From contig CAWGVS010000006.1 of the NCBI GenBank assembly GCA_963826115.1, forward strand, positions 416,001 through 480,000: a stretch of DNA of 64,000 bases, written 5' to 3'. Both the position numbers and the translations under genes were made by a program. The notes beneath the pieces are model-generated. The model made no database searches and was not told the DNA's origin. It was given only the letters and a program-made list of their open reading frames with translations. Positions within the stretch are counted from its first letter, which is position 1, and every line of letters starts with the position of its first letter. The DNA is from an uncultured Candidatus Rokubacteria bacterium (lineage in GTDB: Bacteria; Methylomirabilota; Methylomirabilia; Rokubacteriales; DASRDR01). Below, piece by piece: positions 37,930-46,969 of the stretch.

Positions 37930-38063
37930 GGTGCCGAGTGCGTCGGAACCAGGCGGCGGAACGCCAGCGTGCCGTGCGGGAAATGGAGCGGAGTGTCACG
38001 GGCGGCGCACGCCCGTATCGGATCGGTGACGGTCCGCCAGTCTCCGCCAGGGAAAGCGAGAGC

Positions 38064-38099
38064 GGAACCGGCGGCCGGCGGAGGACCGGCTCCGGTTCC
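38064..38099. terminator. Hairpin downstream of the carbonic anhydrase
   Basis: GGAACCGG..GCCGG-loop-CCGGC.CCGGTTCC. Confidence 0.45.
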
Positions 38100-38120
38100 G
38101 GTTCCCGGGGGCAGGCGGGG

Positions 38121-38612
38121 CTATTTCACCTCGCGGAGGCGGCCGGTGCGGACGTCGTAGACGAACCCGCGGACCTCGCCCCGATGCGGGACGAACGGGT
38201 TCGCCCGGACGCGCGCGAGCGACTGCCGCACGTCGTCGTCGAGGTCCGAGAACGGCTCGAAGGCGAACGGCGGCCGGATGCCCGTCTCGCCCTGGATGTC
38301 CCGCTTCAGCCCCTCGTCGGAGAAGGTGAGCATGCCGCAGTCCGTGTGGTGGATGAGGATGATCTCGCGCGTGCCGAGGAGCCGCTGGGAGATCACGAGG
38401 GAGCGGATCGCATCCTCGGTGATCGCGCCGCCGGCGTTGCGGATGACGTGGGCGTCGCCCTCGTCGAGCCCGAGGAGCTCGTGGAGGTCGAGCCGCGCGT
38501 CCATGCAGGCGACGACCGCCACGCCCTTGGCCGGCGGGAGGGGCAGATGCCCCTTCTCGAACGATCCCGCGTAGTGCTCGTTGTTCCGCAGAAGCTGATC
38601 GGTGACGCTCAT
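38121..38612 (-). CDS. Beta-class carbonic anhydrase (clade D / Rv1284-like)
   Basis: VACMDARL, HVIRNAGG, SQRLLGTREI, HHTDCGM, GFVYDVRTGRL. SD AGGAGG. Confidence 0.95.
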   Translation of the reverse strand: MSVTDQLLRNNEHYAGSFEKGHLPLPPAKGVAVVACMDARLDLHELLGLDEGDAHVIRNAGGAITEDAIRSLVISQRLLGTREIILIHHTDCGMLTFSDEGLKRDIQGETGIRPPFAFEPFSDLDDDVRQSLARVRANPFVPHRGEVRGFVYDVRTGRLREVK

Positions 38613-38664
38613 GATGGGTCCTCCTGTTCCGGGCCCTCTCGCGGGGCCGCGGAGCCTGAAAGCG

Positions 38665-38711
38665 CGAAAGCCGAGGGCGGGGCTCTGGGAGTCCCTGCCA
38701 CTCGGCTTTCG
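38665..38711 (-). promoter_or_regulatory. Long intercistronic hairpin (attenuator or terminator-like)
   Basis: CGAAAGCCGAG-tGGCaGGGaCTC-cca-GAG-CCCc-GCC-CTCGGCTTTCG followed by CGCTTTC. Confidence 0.65.
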
Positions 38712-38751
38712 TCTTGTGGATCGACTTGCGCCGTGGGCGGTCTGCGCCCGG

Positions 38752-38958
38752 TCACTCCCGGTAGTTGAGGGGCACCTCCACCCAGGTCTTGCACCGGGGA
38801 CACTTGGCGACGGCGCGACCGGTCTTGCCGCTGACGCGCAGGATCGCGTTCTTCACGACGAGCCCGTCGGGCTCGGGGACCACGATCTTCGTCCGGCACG
38901 TCGGGCACCGTCGCCCTTCGATGCCAGCGAGTCCTCTCACCAGGTTGCCGTCAGCCAT
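38752..38958 (-). CDS. Small Zn-ribbon-type protein (CxxC...CxxC), leaderless
   Basis: CPTCRTKI...VAKCPRCKTWVEVPL; consensus promoter ends 6 nt before the ATG. Confidence 0.8.
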   Translation of the reverse strand: MADGNLVRGLAGIEGRRCPTCRTKIVVPEPDGLVVKNAILRVSGKTGRAVAKCPRCKTWVEVPLNYRE

Positions 38959-38964
38959 AGACCG

Positions 38965-38996
38965 AAACTACCTATCTTGATCGGACTTGTCAAGAT
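38965..38996 (-). promoter_or_regulatory. Sigma-70 promoter overlapped by a palindromic operator
   Basis: TTGACA(38993-38988)-N17-TAGTTT(38970-38965)-N6-ATG; ATCTTGA-N9-TCAAGAT at 38974-38996. Confidence 0.8.
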
Positions 38997-39011
38997 TGAG
39001 TCTGCCGGGGC

Positions 39012-40457
39012 CTAGGCAAGGTCCACCCAGACGCTCTTGACCTCGGTGTAGAGGTCGAGCCCCGCCTGGCCGAGCTCCCGCCCGAACCCGGACTCCTTGA
39101 AGCCGCCGAAGGGAAGGGCCGCGTCGAACAGGTTGTAAGCGTTGACCCAGACGGTGCCGGCGCGAAGCGCGCGAGCCACGCGGAGCGCCTTGCCCACGTC
39201 GCGAGTCCAGACGGCCGCCGCTAGCCCGTAGAACGTCTCGTTCCCCTGCGCGATGGCGTCGTCGACGTCCTTGAACGGGATGACGGACAGGACGGGCCCG
39301 AAGATCTCCTCGCGCGCGATGCGCATGGTGTTGGTGACGCCCGTGAAGACGGTGGGCTGGACGAAGAAGCCGCGGCCGTCGCCCACGCGGACGCGCTCGC
39401 CGCCGGCGGCGAGCGTCGCGCCCTCGCGCCGGCCGGCCTCGACGTAGCCGAGCACCGTGTCGAGCTGCTGGGCCGACACGACCGGCCCCATCCGCGTCGC
39501 CTTGTCGAGGGGGTCGCCGACCTTCAGGCCCTTGACACGATCGACGAGCTTCCCGACGAACTCGTCGTGGACGCGCTGCTCCACGAGAAGCCGTGACCCG
39601 GCCGCGCAGACCTCGCCCTTGTTGTAGTAGATCCCCGTCATCGCGCCGCGGAGGGCCGCCTCCATGTCCGCGTCCGCGAGGACGATGTTCGGCGACTTGC
39701 CGCCGAGCTCGAGCGACACGCGCTTCAGCGACCCCGCCGCCTCGCGCATGATGCCCTTGCCGACCTCGGTCGACCCCGTGAACGCCACCTTGTCGACGCC
39801 GGGGTGCCGGACCAGCGCCATGCCCGCCTTGCCCCCGGGTCCCGGCACCACGTTGAACACGCCCTCGGGAAGGCCCGCCTCCTGCGTGAGCTCCGCGAAG
39901 CGGAGCGCGGTCAGGGGCGTGAGGGACGCGGGCTTGAGGACGATCGTGTTCCCGGCCGCCAGCGCCGGCGCGATCTTCCAGGAGGCGAGGAGAAACGGGA
40001 AGTTCCAGGGCACGATGGCGCCGACGACGCCGAGCGGCTGGCGGAGCGTGAAGGTGAACGCGCCGTCGCGGAGGTTGAGCGTCTCGCCGTGGATCTTCGT
40101 CGTCCAGCCCGCGTAGTAACGGAAGACCTCGGCGGCGAACGGGAGCTCCACCTTGCCGGAGTCGAACAGGGTCTTTCCGGTGTTGACGCTCTCGAGCCGC
40201 GCCATCTCGTCGAGATTGGCGGTGATCAGGTCGGCGAGCTTCCACAGGGCGCGCGCGCGCTCGGACGCGGCCATCCGCGGCCAGGGGCCCTGGTCGAACG
40301 CGCGGCGGGCCGCCTGGACGGCGAGGTCCACGTCCCGCTCGTCGCCTCTCGCGACCTGGGCGCTCACCTCTTCCGTTGCCGGGTTGATGGTCGCGTACGT
40401 CTCGCCGGACGCGGGGGCCTGCCACCGGCCGCCGATGAAGACCTCGCTCGTGTGCAT
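39012..40457 (-). CDS. Aldehyde dehydrogenase family protein
   Basis: IVPWNFP, FTGSTEVG, LELGGKSP, GEVCAAGSR, EEIFGPV, PFGGFKESGFGRE. SD AGGAGG. Confidence 0.96.
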   Translation of the reverse strand: MHTSEVFIGGRWQAPASGETYATINPATEEVSAQVARGDERDVDLAVQAARRAFDQGPWPRMAASERARALWKLADLITANLDEMARLESVNTGKTLFDSGKVELPFAAEVFRYYAGWTTKIHGETLNLRDGAFTFTLRQPLGVVGAIVPWNFPFLLASWKIAPALAAGNTIVLKPASLTPLTALRFAELTQEAGLPEGVFNVVPGPGGKAGMALVRHPGVDKVAFTGSTEVGKGIMREAAGSLKRVSLELGGKSPNIVLADADMEAALRGAMTGIYYNKGEVCAAGSRLLVEQRVHDEFVGKLVDRVKGLKVGDPLDKATRMGPVVSAQQLDTVLGYVEAGRREGATLAAGGERVRVGDGRGFFVQPTVFTGVTNTMRIAREEIFGPVLSVIPFKDVDDAIAQGNETFYGLAAAVWTRDVGKALRVARALRAGTVWVNAYNLFDAALPFGGFKESGFGRELGQAGLDLYTEVKSVWVDLA

Positions 40458-40623
40458 GACCTGCCTCCTGGTCGGATCGGGGGTCGGGGCCACGTCCGCG
40501 GCCGCCGGTCGGCGTCCTCGACGGGTCCCATCCAGTGTAGCCGGCGCCCTGCGCCCCGGGAAGCGCGGCGCGAGCGGACCGTTCGGCTTGACACCAGCGG
40601 CCGGAAGGCGCGACACATGATGC

Positions 40624-41808
40624 ATGACACGCCCCATGACCGGCCCGGGTCCTGCCCTCTCCCGACGGTGCCTGCTGTCCGGGCTGGGCGCGGCGGCGCT
40701 CGGCGGCCTCGCCGGTTGCGCGACCAACCCGGTCACGGGGCAATCCGAGCTCATGCTCATGTCCGAGGAGGAGGAGCTCCAGCTCGGCAAGCAGGCGTTC
40801 AGCGAGCTGGCCTGGCAGCAGGGTGGGCCCCTCCGGATCGATTCCCAGACCCAGGCCTACCTCGGCGGGATCGTCGCCAAGCTCCATCAGGTGTCGCACC
40901 GCTCGAGCCTGCCCGTCGACTTCACGCTCGAGAGCGCCTCGGAGCCGAACGCGTGGGCGATCCCCGGGCACACGGCGATGAACCGCGGCCTCCTCCAGTA
41001 CCTCGAGAACGAGGCCCAGTTCGCGTTCGTGATGGGGCACGAGATGGGACACGTCGCGGCGCGGCACACGGCGGCGCGGCAGAGCCGGGCGACGCTCGGC
41101 AGCGTGGGCGTCGGCGTGCTCGGGGTGGCGGGCGACGTCGTGGGGCTCGGCGGGCTGGTGTCCGGGGTGGCCGGGGCCAGCACCCAGCTCCTCCTCCTGA
41201 GCTACGACCGGGGCCAGGAGCTCCAGGCCGACCAGCTGGGCACCCTCTACATGGCGCGCGCGGGCTACGATCCGAACGAGGCAGCGCGGGCCCACGAGAC
41301 GCTGAACCGGGCCATCGACGCGCACCTGGCCAACCTCGGCCAGAAGCGGAGCGATCCCTCGACGATGTCGCAGATCCTGTCCACGCACCCGCGGCACGAG
41401 CAGCGCGTGTCCGAGATCCAGGCCTACATCAAGACGCTTCCCGCGTCCGAGGTCCGCCTCGACGGCGACGGACGCCACGCCGAGCGCTGGCTGCGCCAGA
41501 CCGAATCGGTCCGGCGCCTGGCGCCCGCCTACGCGCGATACGACAAGGCGCTGCGGGCGTTCACCCAGGCCGCTCAGGCTTCCGAGCAGAAGCAGGACGC
41601 CGTGGTCCGGCAGAAGATCTTCGAGGCCCAGCGCGAGATCGACGCCGCGATCCAGCTCGCGGACCAGGCCCAGTTCGAGACGCTGCAGGGCTACCTGCTC
41701 GCGGTCCAGGGGCGCAAGGCCGACGCGCGGAGCGCGTTCAATCGCGCCGTGTACCTCTACCCGGGATACCAGCCGGCCATCAAGGCGCTCGCGCGCATCG
41801 GCAGCTAG
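40624..41808 (+). CDS. M48 family metalloprotease, probable Tat-type lipoprotein with helical C-terminus
   Basis: SRRCLL...LAGC-ATNPVTG lipobox, PNAWAIPG, HEMGH, ELQAD, LSTHP. Start 40624 or 40636. Confidence 0.9.
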   Translation: MTRPMTGPGPALSRRCLLSGLGAAALGGLAGCATNPVTGQSELMLMSEEEELQLGKQAFSELAWQQGGPLRIDSQTQAYLGGIVAKLHQVSHRSSLPVDFTLESASEPNAWAIPGHTAMNRGLLQYLENEAQFAFVMGHEMGHVAARHTAARQSRATLGSVGVGVLGVAGDVVGLGGLVSGVAGASTQLLLLSYDRGQELQADQLGTLYMARAGYDPNEAARAHETLNRAIDAHLANLGQKRSDPSTMSQILSTHPRHEQRVSEIQAYIKTLPASEVRLDGDGRHAERWLRQTESVRRLAPAYARYDKALRAFTQAAQASEQKQDAVVRQKIFEAQREIDAAIQLADQAQFETLQGYLLAVQGRKADARSAFNRAVYLYPGYQPAIKALARIGS

Positions 41809-42020
41809 CCGACCGCGCTCGCCGGGCCGGCCTCGCCTCGTCCGCGCCGCGCCCCGTGTCTCGCCCGATACGGCGAGTCTCTGCGAAGAGACGGGCTCGG
41901 CGGCGGCGCGCGCGGTCGTGCCGGCCCCAGGTCGGGCCCGGTGCCGCGAAGCCCGCGTGAATTCAGCGCCGCACCGAGCCGCCCGGCGCCCAGGGCCGCG
42001 GCGCCTGACTGCCGAGCGGC

Positions 42021-42036
42021 TGGCATCGGGCTCGCA
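42021..42036 (+). promoter_or_regulatory. Sigma-54 promoter candidate
   Basis: TGGCATCGGGCTCGCA (GG-N10-GC; one mismatch to TTGC). Confidence 0.45.
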
Positions 42037-42091
42037 CTGCGAGAGGGCAGCGGTGAACCCTCACAGATGCCCCCATAGCTGGAGGTGCCCG

Positions 42092-42502
42092 ATGCGCTTC
42101 GTACAGGGTCGTCTCGTTCCGGTCTTCGTCGGCGTGGCGCTGGCCGCGCCGGTCGCGTTCGCCCAGGCGCCCGCGCCGCCCGCGCCCAAGGGCGCGCCCA
42201 CGGCGCAGGCGCCCGCGCGGCTGCCGCTCAGCATCGCGCGCGGGACCGTGAAGTCCGTCGCCGACACCCGCCTCGTCCTCGACCTCGGCCAGACCGCCAC
42301 CGCGCCGGGCGCCGGCCCGACCGCGTTCGTGCTGGACGGGGAGACGCAGATCCAGCGGCTCGGACGCGCGCTCGCGCCGAAGGACCTGCGGGTCGGGGAC
42401 GCGGTCACGGTCGGGTATCAGATGCGCGGGGACAAGGCGGTCGCGAGCCGCGTGTGGCTCCGCTTCGGCGGCGCCACCGCCGGCGCGTCGCCGACGCGGT
42501 AG
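42092..42502 (+). CDS. Small secreted beta-barrel protein (DUF5666/OB-like)
   Basis: Signal peptide ending AFA-Q, Pro/Ala linker, GTVKSV...DLRVGDAVTVGY. SD GGAGGT. Confidence 0.75.
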   Translation: MRFVQGRLVPVFVGVALAAPVAFAQAPAPPAPKGAPTAQAPARLPLSIARGTVKSVADTRLVLDLGQTATAPGAGPTAFVLDGETQIQRLGRALAPKDLRVGDAVTVGYQMRGDKAVASRVWLRFGGATAGASPTR

Positions 42503-42588
42503 GCGTGGGTCCGGCCGGGGTCGCGGGCGCGGCGCCGGCTCCGCCCGCGGCTCCGGCCGCGTTGGAGCCGCGTCAGCGCGGGGGGCGC

Positions 42589-43488
42589 TCAGTCGCGGAC
42601 GGGCGCGGGCGGCGTCTCCCGGTAGTCGTAGAAGCCCTTGCCGGTCTTCCGGCCGAGGTCGCCGCGCTTCACCCGCTTCTCGAGCTCGGCCGGGGGCCGG
42701 TCCTTGGGATCCTTCGTCGTCGCGAAGGTCTCGAGGCGGGCGTTGTAGCCGATGTCGAGCCCGGAGAGATCGCCGAGCCGGAAGGGCCCCATGGGGAAGT
42801 TCAGGCCCAGCTCGACGGCCTTGTCGATCTCCCAGAACGGCGCCACGCCCTGCTCGAGAAGGTAGTACGCCTCGTTGCCGAGCGCGCGGAGGATCCGGTT
42901 GACGAGGAACCCCGGCAGCTCCTTCCGGAGCACGACGGGCTCGCGGCCGATGCGGCGCACGAGCTCCGCGGTGGTGTCGAGCGTGGCCTCCGACGTCCAC
43001 TGGCCCTTCACCACCTCGACCAGCCGCATGACCAGCGGCGGGAAGAAGAAGTGCATGTTCACGCACTGCGCGGGTCGCGTCGTGGACGGCGCCAGGAGGG
43101 AGTTCCCGAGGGTGGAGGAGTTCGTCGCCAGGATCGCGTGACGCGGCGCCGCGCGGTCGAGGCGCGCGAAGCACTCCTTCTTCGGCTCGAGCCGCTCCAC
43201 GATCGCCTCGACGACGACGTCCGCGTCGGCGGCCGCTCGGTCGAGGTCCGGCTCGAGGCGCACGCGCCCGACGGCCCGGTCCATCTCGGCCTGGCTCATC
43301 TGTCCCTTGGCCACGCGCCGGTCCAGATGGCCGCGGTTCCCCGCCATGGCCTTGTCGAGGATCGCGGCGGATAGGTCGTTCAGGGTGACCGCGTAGCCGT
43401 GGAGGGCCGCCTGCATCGCGATCTGGGCCCCCATCTGGCCGGCGCCGACCACCAGGATGCGCTTCACGTCGTCGATTGCCACCGTCAT
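42589..43488 (-). CDS. 3-hydroxyacyl-CoA dehydrogenase family protein
   Basis: VVGAGQMG, VEAIVE, ATNSS, MHFF, PGFLVNR, PMGP, GRKTGKGFYDY. Confidence 0.95.
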   Translation of the reverse strand: MTVAIDDVKRILVVGAGQMGAQIAMQAALHGYAVTLNDLSAAILDKAMAGNRGHLDRRVAKGQMSQAEMDRAVGRVRLEPDLDRAAADADVVVEAIVERLEPKKECFARLDRAAPRHAILATNSSTLGNSLLAPSTTRPAQCVNMHFFFPPLVMRLVEVVKGQWTSEATLDTTAELVRRIGREPVVLRKELPGFLVNRILRALGNEAYYLLEQGVAPFWEIDKAVELGLNFPMGPFRLGDLSGLDIGYNARLETFATTKDPKDRPPAELEKRVKRGDLGRKTGKGFYDYRETPPAPVRD

Positions 43489-43521
43489 GCCTCTCTCCTC
43501 ACGCCGGGCGTGCCCGACGGC

Positions 43522-45165
43522 TCAGATCGCGAGCGCGTAGCCGTCGCGCCGCGGGTCGGCCCCGCCCTGGAGCGCACCCGACTCCGGGTCGCGCCGGATG
43601 CCCTGGCCGCCGCCGACGATCCACGACCAGTCGTCGATCACGTTGACCTGGTGGCCCCGGGCGGCGAGACCCTCCCGGACGCTCGCCGGGACGCGGCCCT
43701 CGACGTCGACCAGGCGGTCGCGGTACGCGCGCACGCGGGGGGCCTCGATCGCCTCCTGCACCGTCATGCCGAACTCGACGACGTTCAGCAGCATCTGCGG
43801 CGTGGTCTGGAGGATGCCGTACGAGCCCGGGGTGCCGATCGACAGGACGAACGTCCCGTCCCGGAACACCTGGGTCGGCGCCATGCGCGTCTGCATCGCC
43901 GCGCCGGCGCGGAGCGCGGCCGGGCTGCCGGGGTCGAGGTCCGCCCACATCAGGAGGTTGTTGAGCAGCATCCCGGTGCCGGGGACCATCACGCCGGAGC
44001 CGAACGGACTCCCGAGCGTCTGGGTGACGGTCACGACCGTGCCCTCGCCGTCGGCGACCGCGAAGTGCGTCGTGTGCTCCCGGGCGAAATCCGCCGGATG
44101 CCCGGGCAGGAGCTCGCCGGCGAGGCGCTCCGCGCTCCACCGCTCGCCGCCGGACACGCCCGCGTGCCGCGGGTCCATGAGGGCTCGCCGGTGCGCCGCG
44201 TAGCCGTCGGAGACGAGCCCGGCGATCGGCGCGTCGGGGCGCATCACGTCGAGGCCCACGCGGTCCGCGGAGGCGACCTTCGCCGCCTCGAGGAAGTGGT
44301 GGAGGTACTCGACCGAGTTGTGGCCCATGCTCCGGAGATTGAATCCCTCCAGGAGCTTCAGCGTCTGCACCGACTGGAGGGCGTTGGTGGGCGGGGGCGG
44401 CACGCACACGTCGTGGCCGCGGAAGGGAACGGCGAGCGGCGTGCCCCACGTCGGCTGGTAGCCGGCGAGGTCCGCCTCGGTGATCCAGCCCTTCTGCGCC
44501 TCCATCGCCCGGGCGATGGCCTTCGCGATCGGCCCGCGGTAGAACGCGTCCACGCCGCCCTCGGCGATCTGCCGGAGCGTGGCGCCGAGGTCCTTCTGGA
44601 CGAGCAGCGAGCCCGCGCGGGGCACCTCGCCGCCGACCAGGAACGTCCGCTCCGCCTCCGGCGAGTGCGCGAGCTGGGGCCGCGCCTTCCCGATGAACTC
44701 CACGTTCTTCACGCTGAGCGGGAAGCCCTCCTCCGCGAGCCGGATCGCGGGGGCCATGGCGGCCGCGCGGGGCACGCGACCGTGGCGCTCGTGGAGCCCG
44801 AGGGTGGCCGCGACCGTGCCGGGCACGCCGATCGAGCGGGGCCCCGCCTTCAGGTCCTCCGTGGTCACGCGTGACGGGTCCGCGGCGGCCGGCATCCGGC
44901 CCGCCGAGACGACCGCCTCGCGCCGTCCTCGGTGGAACACGAGGAGCGTCGCCACGCCGCCCGGCCCCGACATGTACGGCTCGACCACGTGGAGGGCGAA
45001 CGACGTGGCCAGCGCGGCGTCGATCGCCGAGCCGCCCTGGAGCAGGACCTCGATCCCCGCCATGGCGGCAAGGGGATGGGCGGCCGCCACCACGCCGCGG
45101 CGCCCCATGACGGTGGGCCGGAACGCCCGCCCGTGCGGTCCCGTCGATCCCTCAGCGTTCGCCAT
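43522..45165 (-). CDS. ggt: Gamma-glutamyltransferase
   Basis: GGSAIDAA, VEPYMSGPGG, autocleavage HTTHFAVAD, FGSG, GTPG, GGADPRRDG. Confidence 0.93.
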   Translation of the reverse strand: MANAEGSTGPHGRAFRPTVMGRRGVVAAAHPLAAMAGIEVLLQGGSAIDAALATSFALHVVEPYMSGPGGVATLLVFHRGRREAVVSAGRMPAAADPSRVTTEDLKAGPRSIGVPGTVAATLGLHERHGRVPRAAAMAPAIRLAEEGFPLSVKNVEFIGKARPQLAHSPEAERTFLVGGEVPRAGSLLVQKDLGATLRQIAEGGVDAFYRGPIAKAIARAMEAQKGWITEADLAGYQPTWGTPLAVPFRGHDVCVPPPPTNALQSVQTLKLLEGFNLRSMGHNSVEYLHHFLEAAKVASADRVGLDVMRPDAPIAGLVSDGYAAHRRALMDPRHAGVSGGERWSAERLAGELLPGHPADFAREHTTHFAVADGEGTVVTVTQTLGSPFGSGVMVPGTGMLLNNLLMWADLDPGSPAALRAGAAMQTRMAPTQVFRDGTFVLSIGTPGSYGILQTTPQMLLNVVEFGMTVQEAIEAPRVRAYRDRLVDVEGRVPASVREGLAARGHQVNVIDDWSWIVGGGQGIRRDPESGALQGGADPRRDGYALAI

Positions 45166-45180
45166 CTTCCGCTCCTTGCA

Positions 45181-45223
45181 GGGTCAGGTCCTGATCGTGA
45201 TTTCCAAAGTCAGGGCCTGACCC
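45181..45223. repeat. REP-like inverted repeat
   Basis: GGGTCAGGTCCTGA-N15-TCAGGGCCTGACCC (14-bp arms, 1 mismatch, AT-rich loop). Confidence 0.65.
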
Positions 45224-45241
45224 CGGATTCTGACGTTCCCA

Positions 45242-46969
45242 TCAGTGGCTGGTGGGCTCGTAGGGGGTCCAGTCCTGGCCGGGGCCGCCGCGCAGGAAGT
45301 CGAAGTCGGCGCCCTCGGGAGCCTGGAGCACGTGGTCGAGGTAGAGCTTCCCGTAGCCGCGCGTGAAGGCGGGCGGCGGCGGCGTCCACGCGGCGCGCCG
45401 GCGCGCGAGCTCCTCGTCCGGGACGTGGAGCACGAGGCGCCGGGCCGGCACGTCGAGCTCGATCTCGTCGCCGTCCCGCACCAGCGCGAGCGGGCCGCCG
45501 ACCGCGGACTCGGGCGCGACGTGGAGGACGCAGGTGCCGTAGGACGTCCCGCTCATCCGGGCGTCGGACACCCGCACCATGTCCTTCACGCCCTGCCGGA
45601 GGAGCTTCTCGGGGATGGGGAGCTGCCCCCACTCCGGCATCCCGGGGCCGCCGCGCGGGCCGCCGAGCTTCTGCACGAGGACGCGCGTCTCGTCGACGTC
45701 GAGCGCCGGGTCGTTCACCCGCGCCATGAGGTCGTGCTTGGACTCGAAGACGACCGCGCGACCCCGGTGGCGGAGGAGGTGGGGCGACGCCGCGGTCTGC
45801 TTCAGCACCGCCCCGTCCGGGCAGAGGTTCCCCCGGAGGATCACGGTGCCGCCCTCCTTCCCGAGCGGCCGGTCGAGCGGCACGATCACGTCCGGGTTCC
45901 GCACGCGGGCACCCTGCACGTTCTCCCCGATGGGGCGGCCGGTCACGGTCGGCGCGGCGCGGTGAAGGAGCGGCAGGAGCTCGTGGAGCACCGCCGGCAG
46001 GCCGCCCGCGTAGAAGAAGTCCTCCATCAGGTACTTTCCCGAGGGGCGGACGTTCGCGATGAACGGGGTCTCCCGCGAGAGCCGGTCGAACAGCGACAGC
46101 GGCAGCGGCACCCTCACGCGACCCGCGATGGCCGGCAGGTGGACGATCGCGTTCGTGCTGCCCCCGATGGCCATGTCCACGCGGATCGCGTTCTCGAACG
46201 CCTCGCGCGTGAGGATCCGGCTCGGGCGGAGGTCCTCGCCCACCATCTCGACGATCCGCTTCCCGCTCGCCTCCGCGAGGGCCAGGCGCCGCGAGTCGGG
46301 CGCGGGGATCGCCGCGTTGCCGGGCAAGGTCATGCCGAGCGACTCGGCCATCGACGCCATCGTCGAGGCCGTCCCCATCACCATGCAGTGGCCGGAGGAG
46401 CGCGAGAAGCAGCTCTCGAGCTCGCACCAGGACTCCTCGTCGAGGCGGCCGGCGCGGAACTCGTCCCAGTAGCGCCAGAGGTCGGTGCCCGAGCCCACCT
46501 CCTCGGTCCCGAACATCCCCCGGAGCATCGGGCCGCCGGTGACCATGATCGCCGGGAGGTCGGCGCTCGCCGCGCCCATCAGCATCGCGGGCGTCGTCTT
46601 GTCGCATCCGGAGAGGAGGACGACGCCGTCGAAGGGGAGGCTCCGGATGCACTCCTCCACGTCCATCGACATCAGGTTCCGGAAGAGCATCGTCGTCGGC
46701 TTCATCAGGGGCTCGGAGAGCGAGATCACCGGGAACTCGAGCGGGAACCCCCCGGCCCGCCAGACCCCGCGCTTGACGTGCTCGGCGACGGTCCGGAGGT
46801 GGGCGTTGCAGTTCGTCGCCTCGCTCCAGGAGTTCGCGATCCCGATGACGGGGCGTCCCTGGAACGCGTCGTCGGCGAAGCCCTCGGCCTTCATCCACGC
46901 GCGGTGGAGGAAGCCGTTCAGATCCCTTCCGCCGAACCAGCGCTGGCTGCGGAGGCCGGGCGCCGTCAC
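45242..46969 (-). CDS. IlvD/Edd family dehydratase (sugar-acid dehydratase type)
   Basis: LRSQRWF, NCNAH, KPTTMLFRNL, GCDKTTP, HCMVMGTASTM, GGSTNA, SDARMSGT, HVAPE. GTGA overlap with the upstream stop. Confidence 0.95.
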   Translation of the reverse strand: MTAPGLRSQRWFGGRDLNGFLHRAWMKAEGFADDAFQGRPVIGIANSWSEATNCNAHLRTVAEHVKRGVWRAGGFPLEFPVISLSEPLMKPTTMLFRNLMSMDVEECIRSLPFDGVVLLSGCDKTTPAMLMGAASADLPAIMVTGGPMLRGMFGTEEVGSGTDLWRYWDEFRAGRLDEESWCELESCFSRSSGHCMVMGTASTMASMAESLGMTLPGNAAIPAPDSRRLALAEASGKRIVEMVGEDLRPSRILTREAFENAIRVDMAIGGSTNAIVHLPAIAGRVRVPLPLSLFDRLSRETPFIANVRPSGKYLMEDFFYAGGLPAVLHELLPLLHRAAPTVTGRPIGENVQGARVRNPDVIVPLDRPLGKEGGTVILRGNLCPDGAVLKQTAASPHLLRHRGRAVVFESKHDLMARVNDPALDVDETRVLVQKLGGPRGGPGMPEWGQLPIPEKLLRQGVKDMVRVSDARMSGTSYGTCVLHVAPESAVGGPLALVRDGDEIELDVPARRLVLHVPDEELARRRAAWTPPPPAFTRGYGKLYLDHVLQAPEGADFDFLRGGPGQDWTPYEPTSH

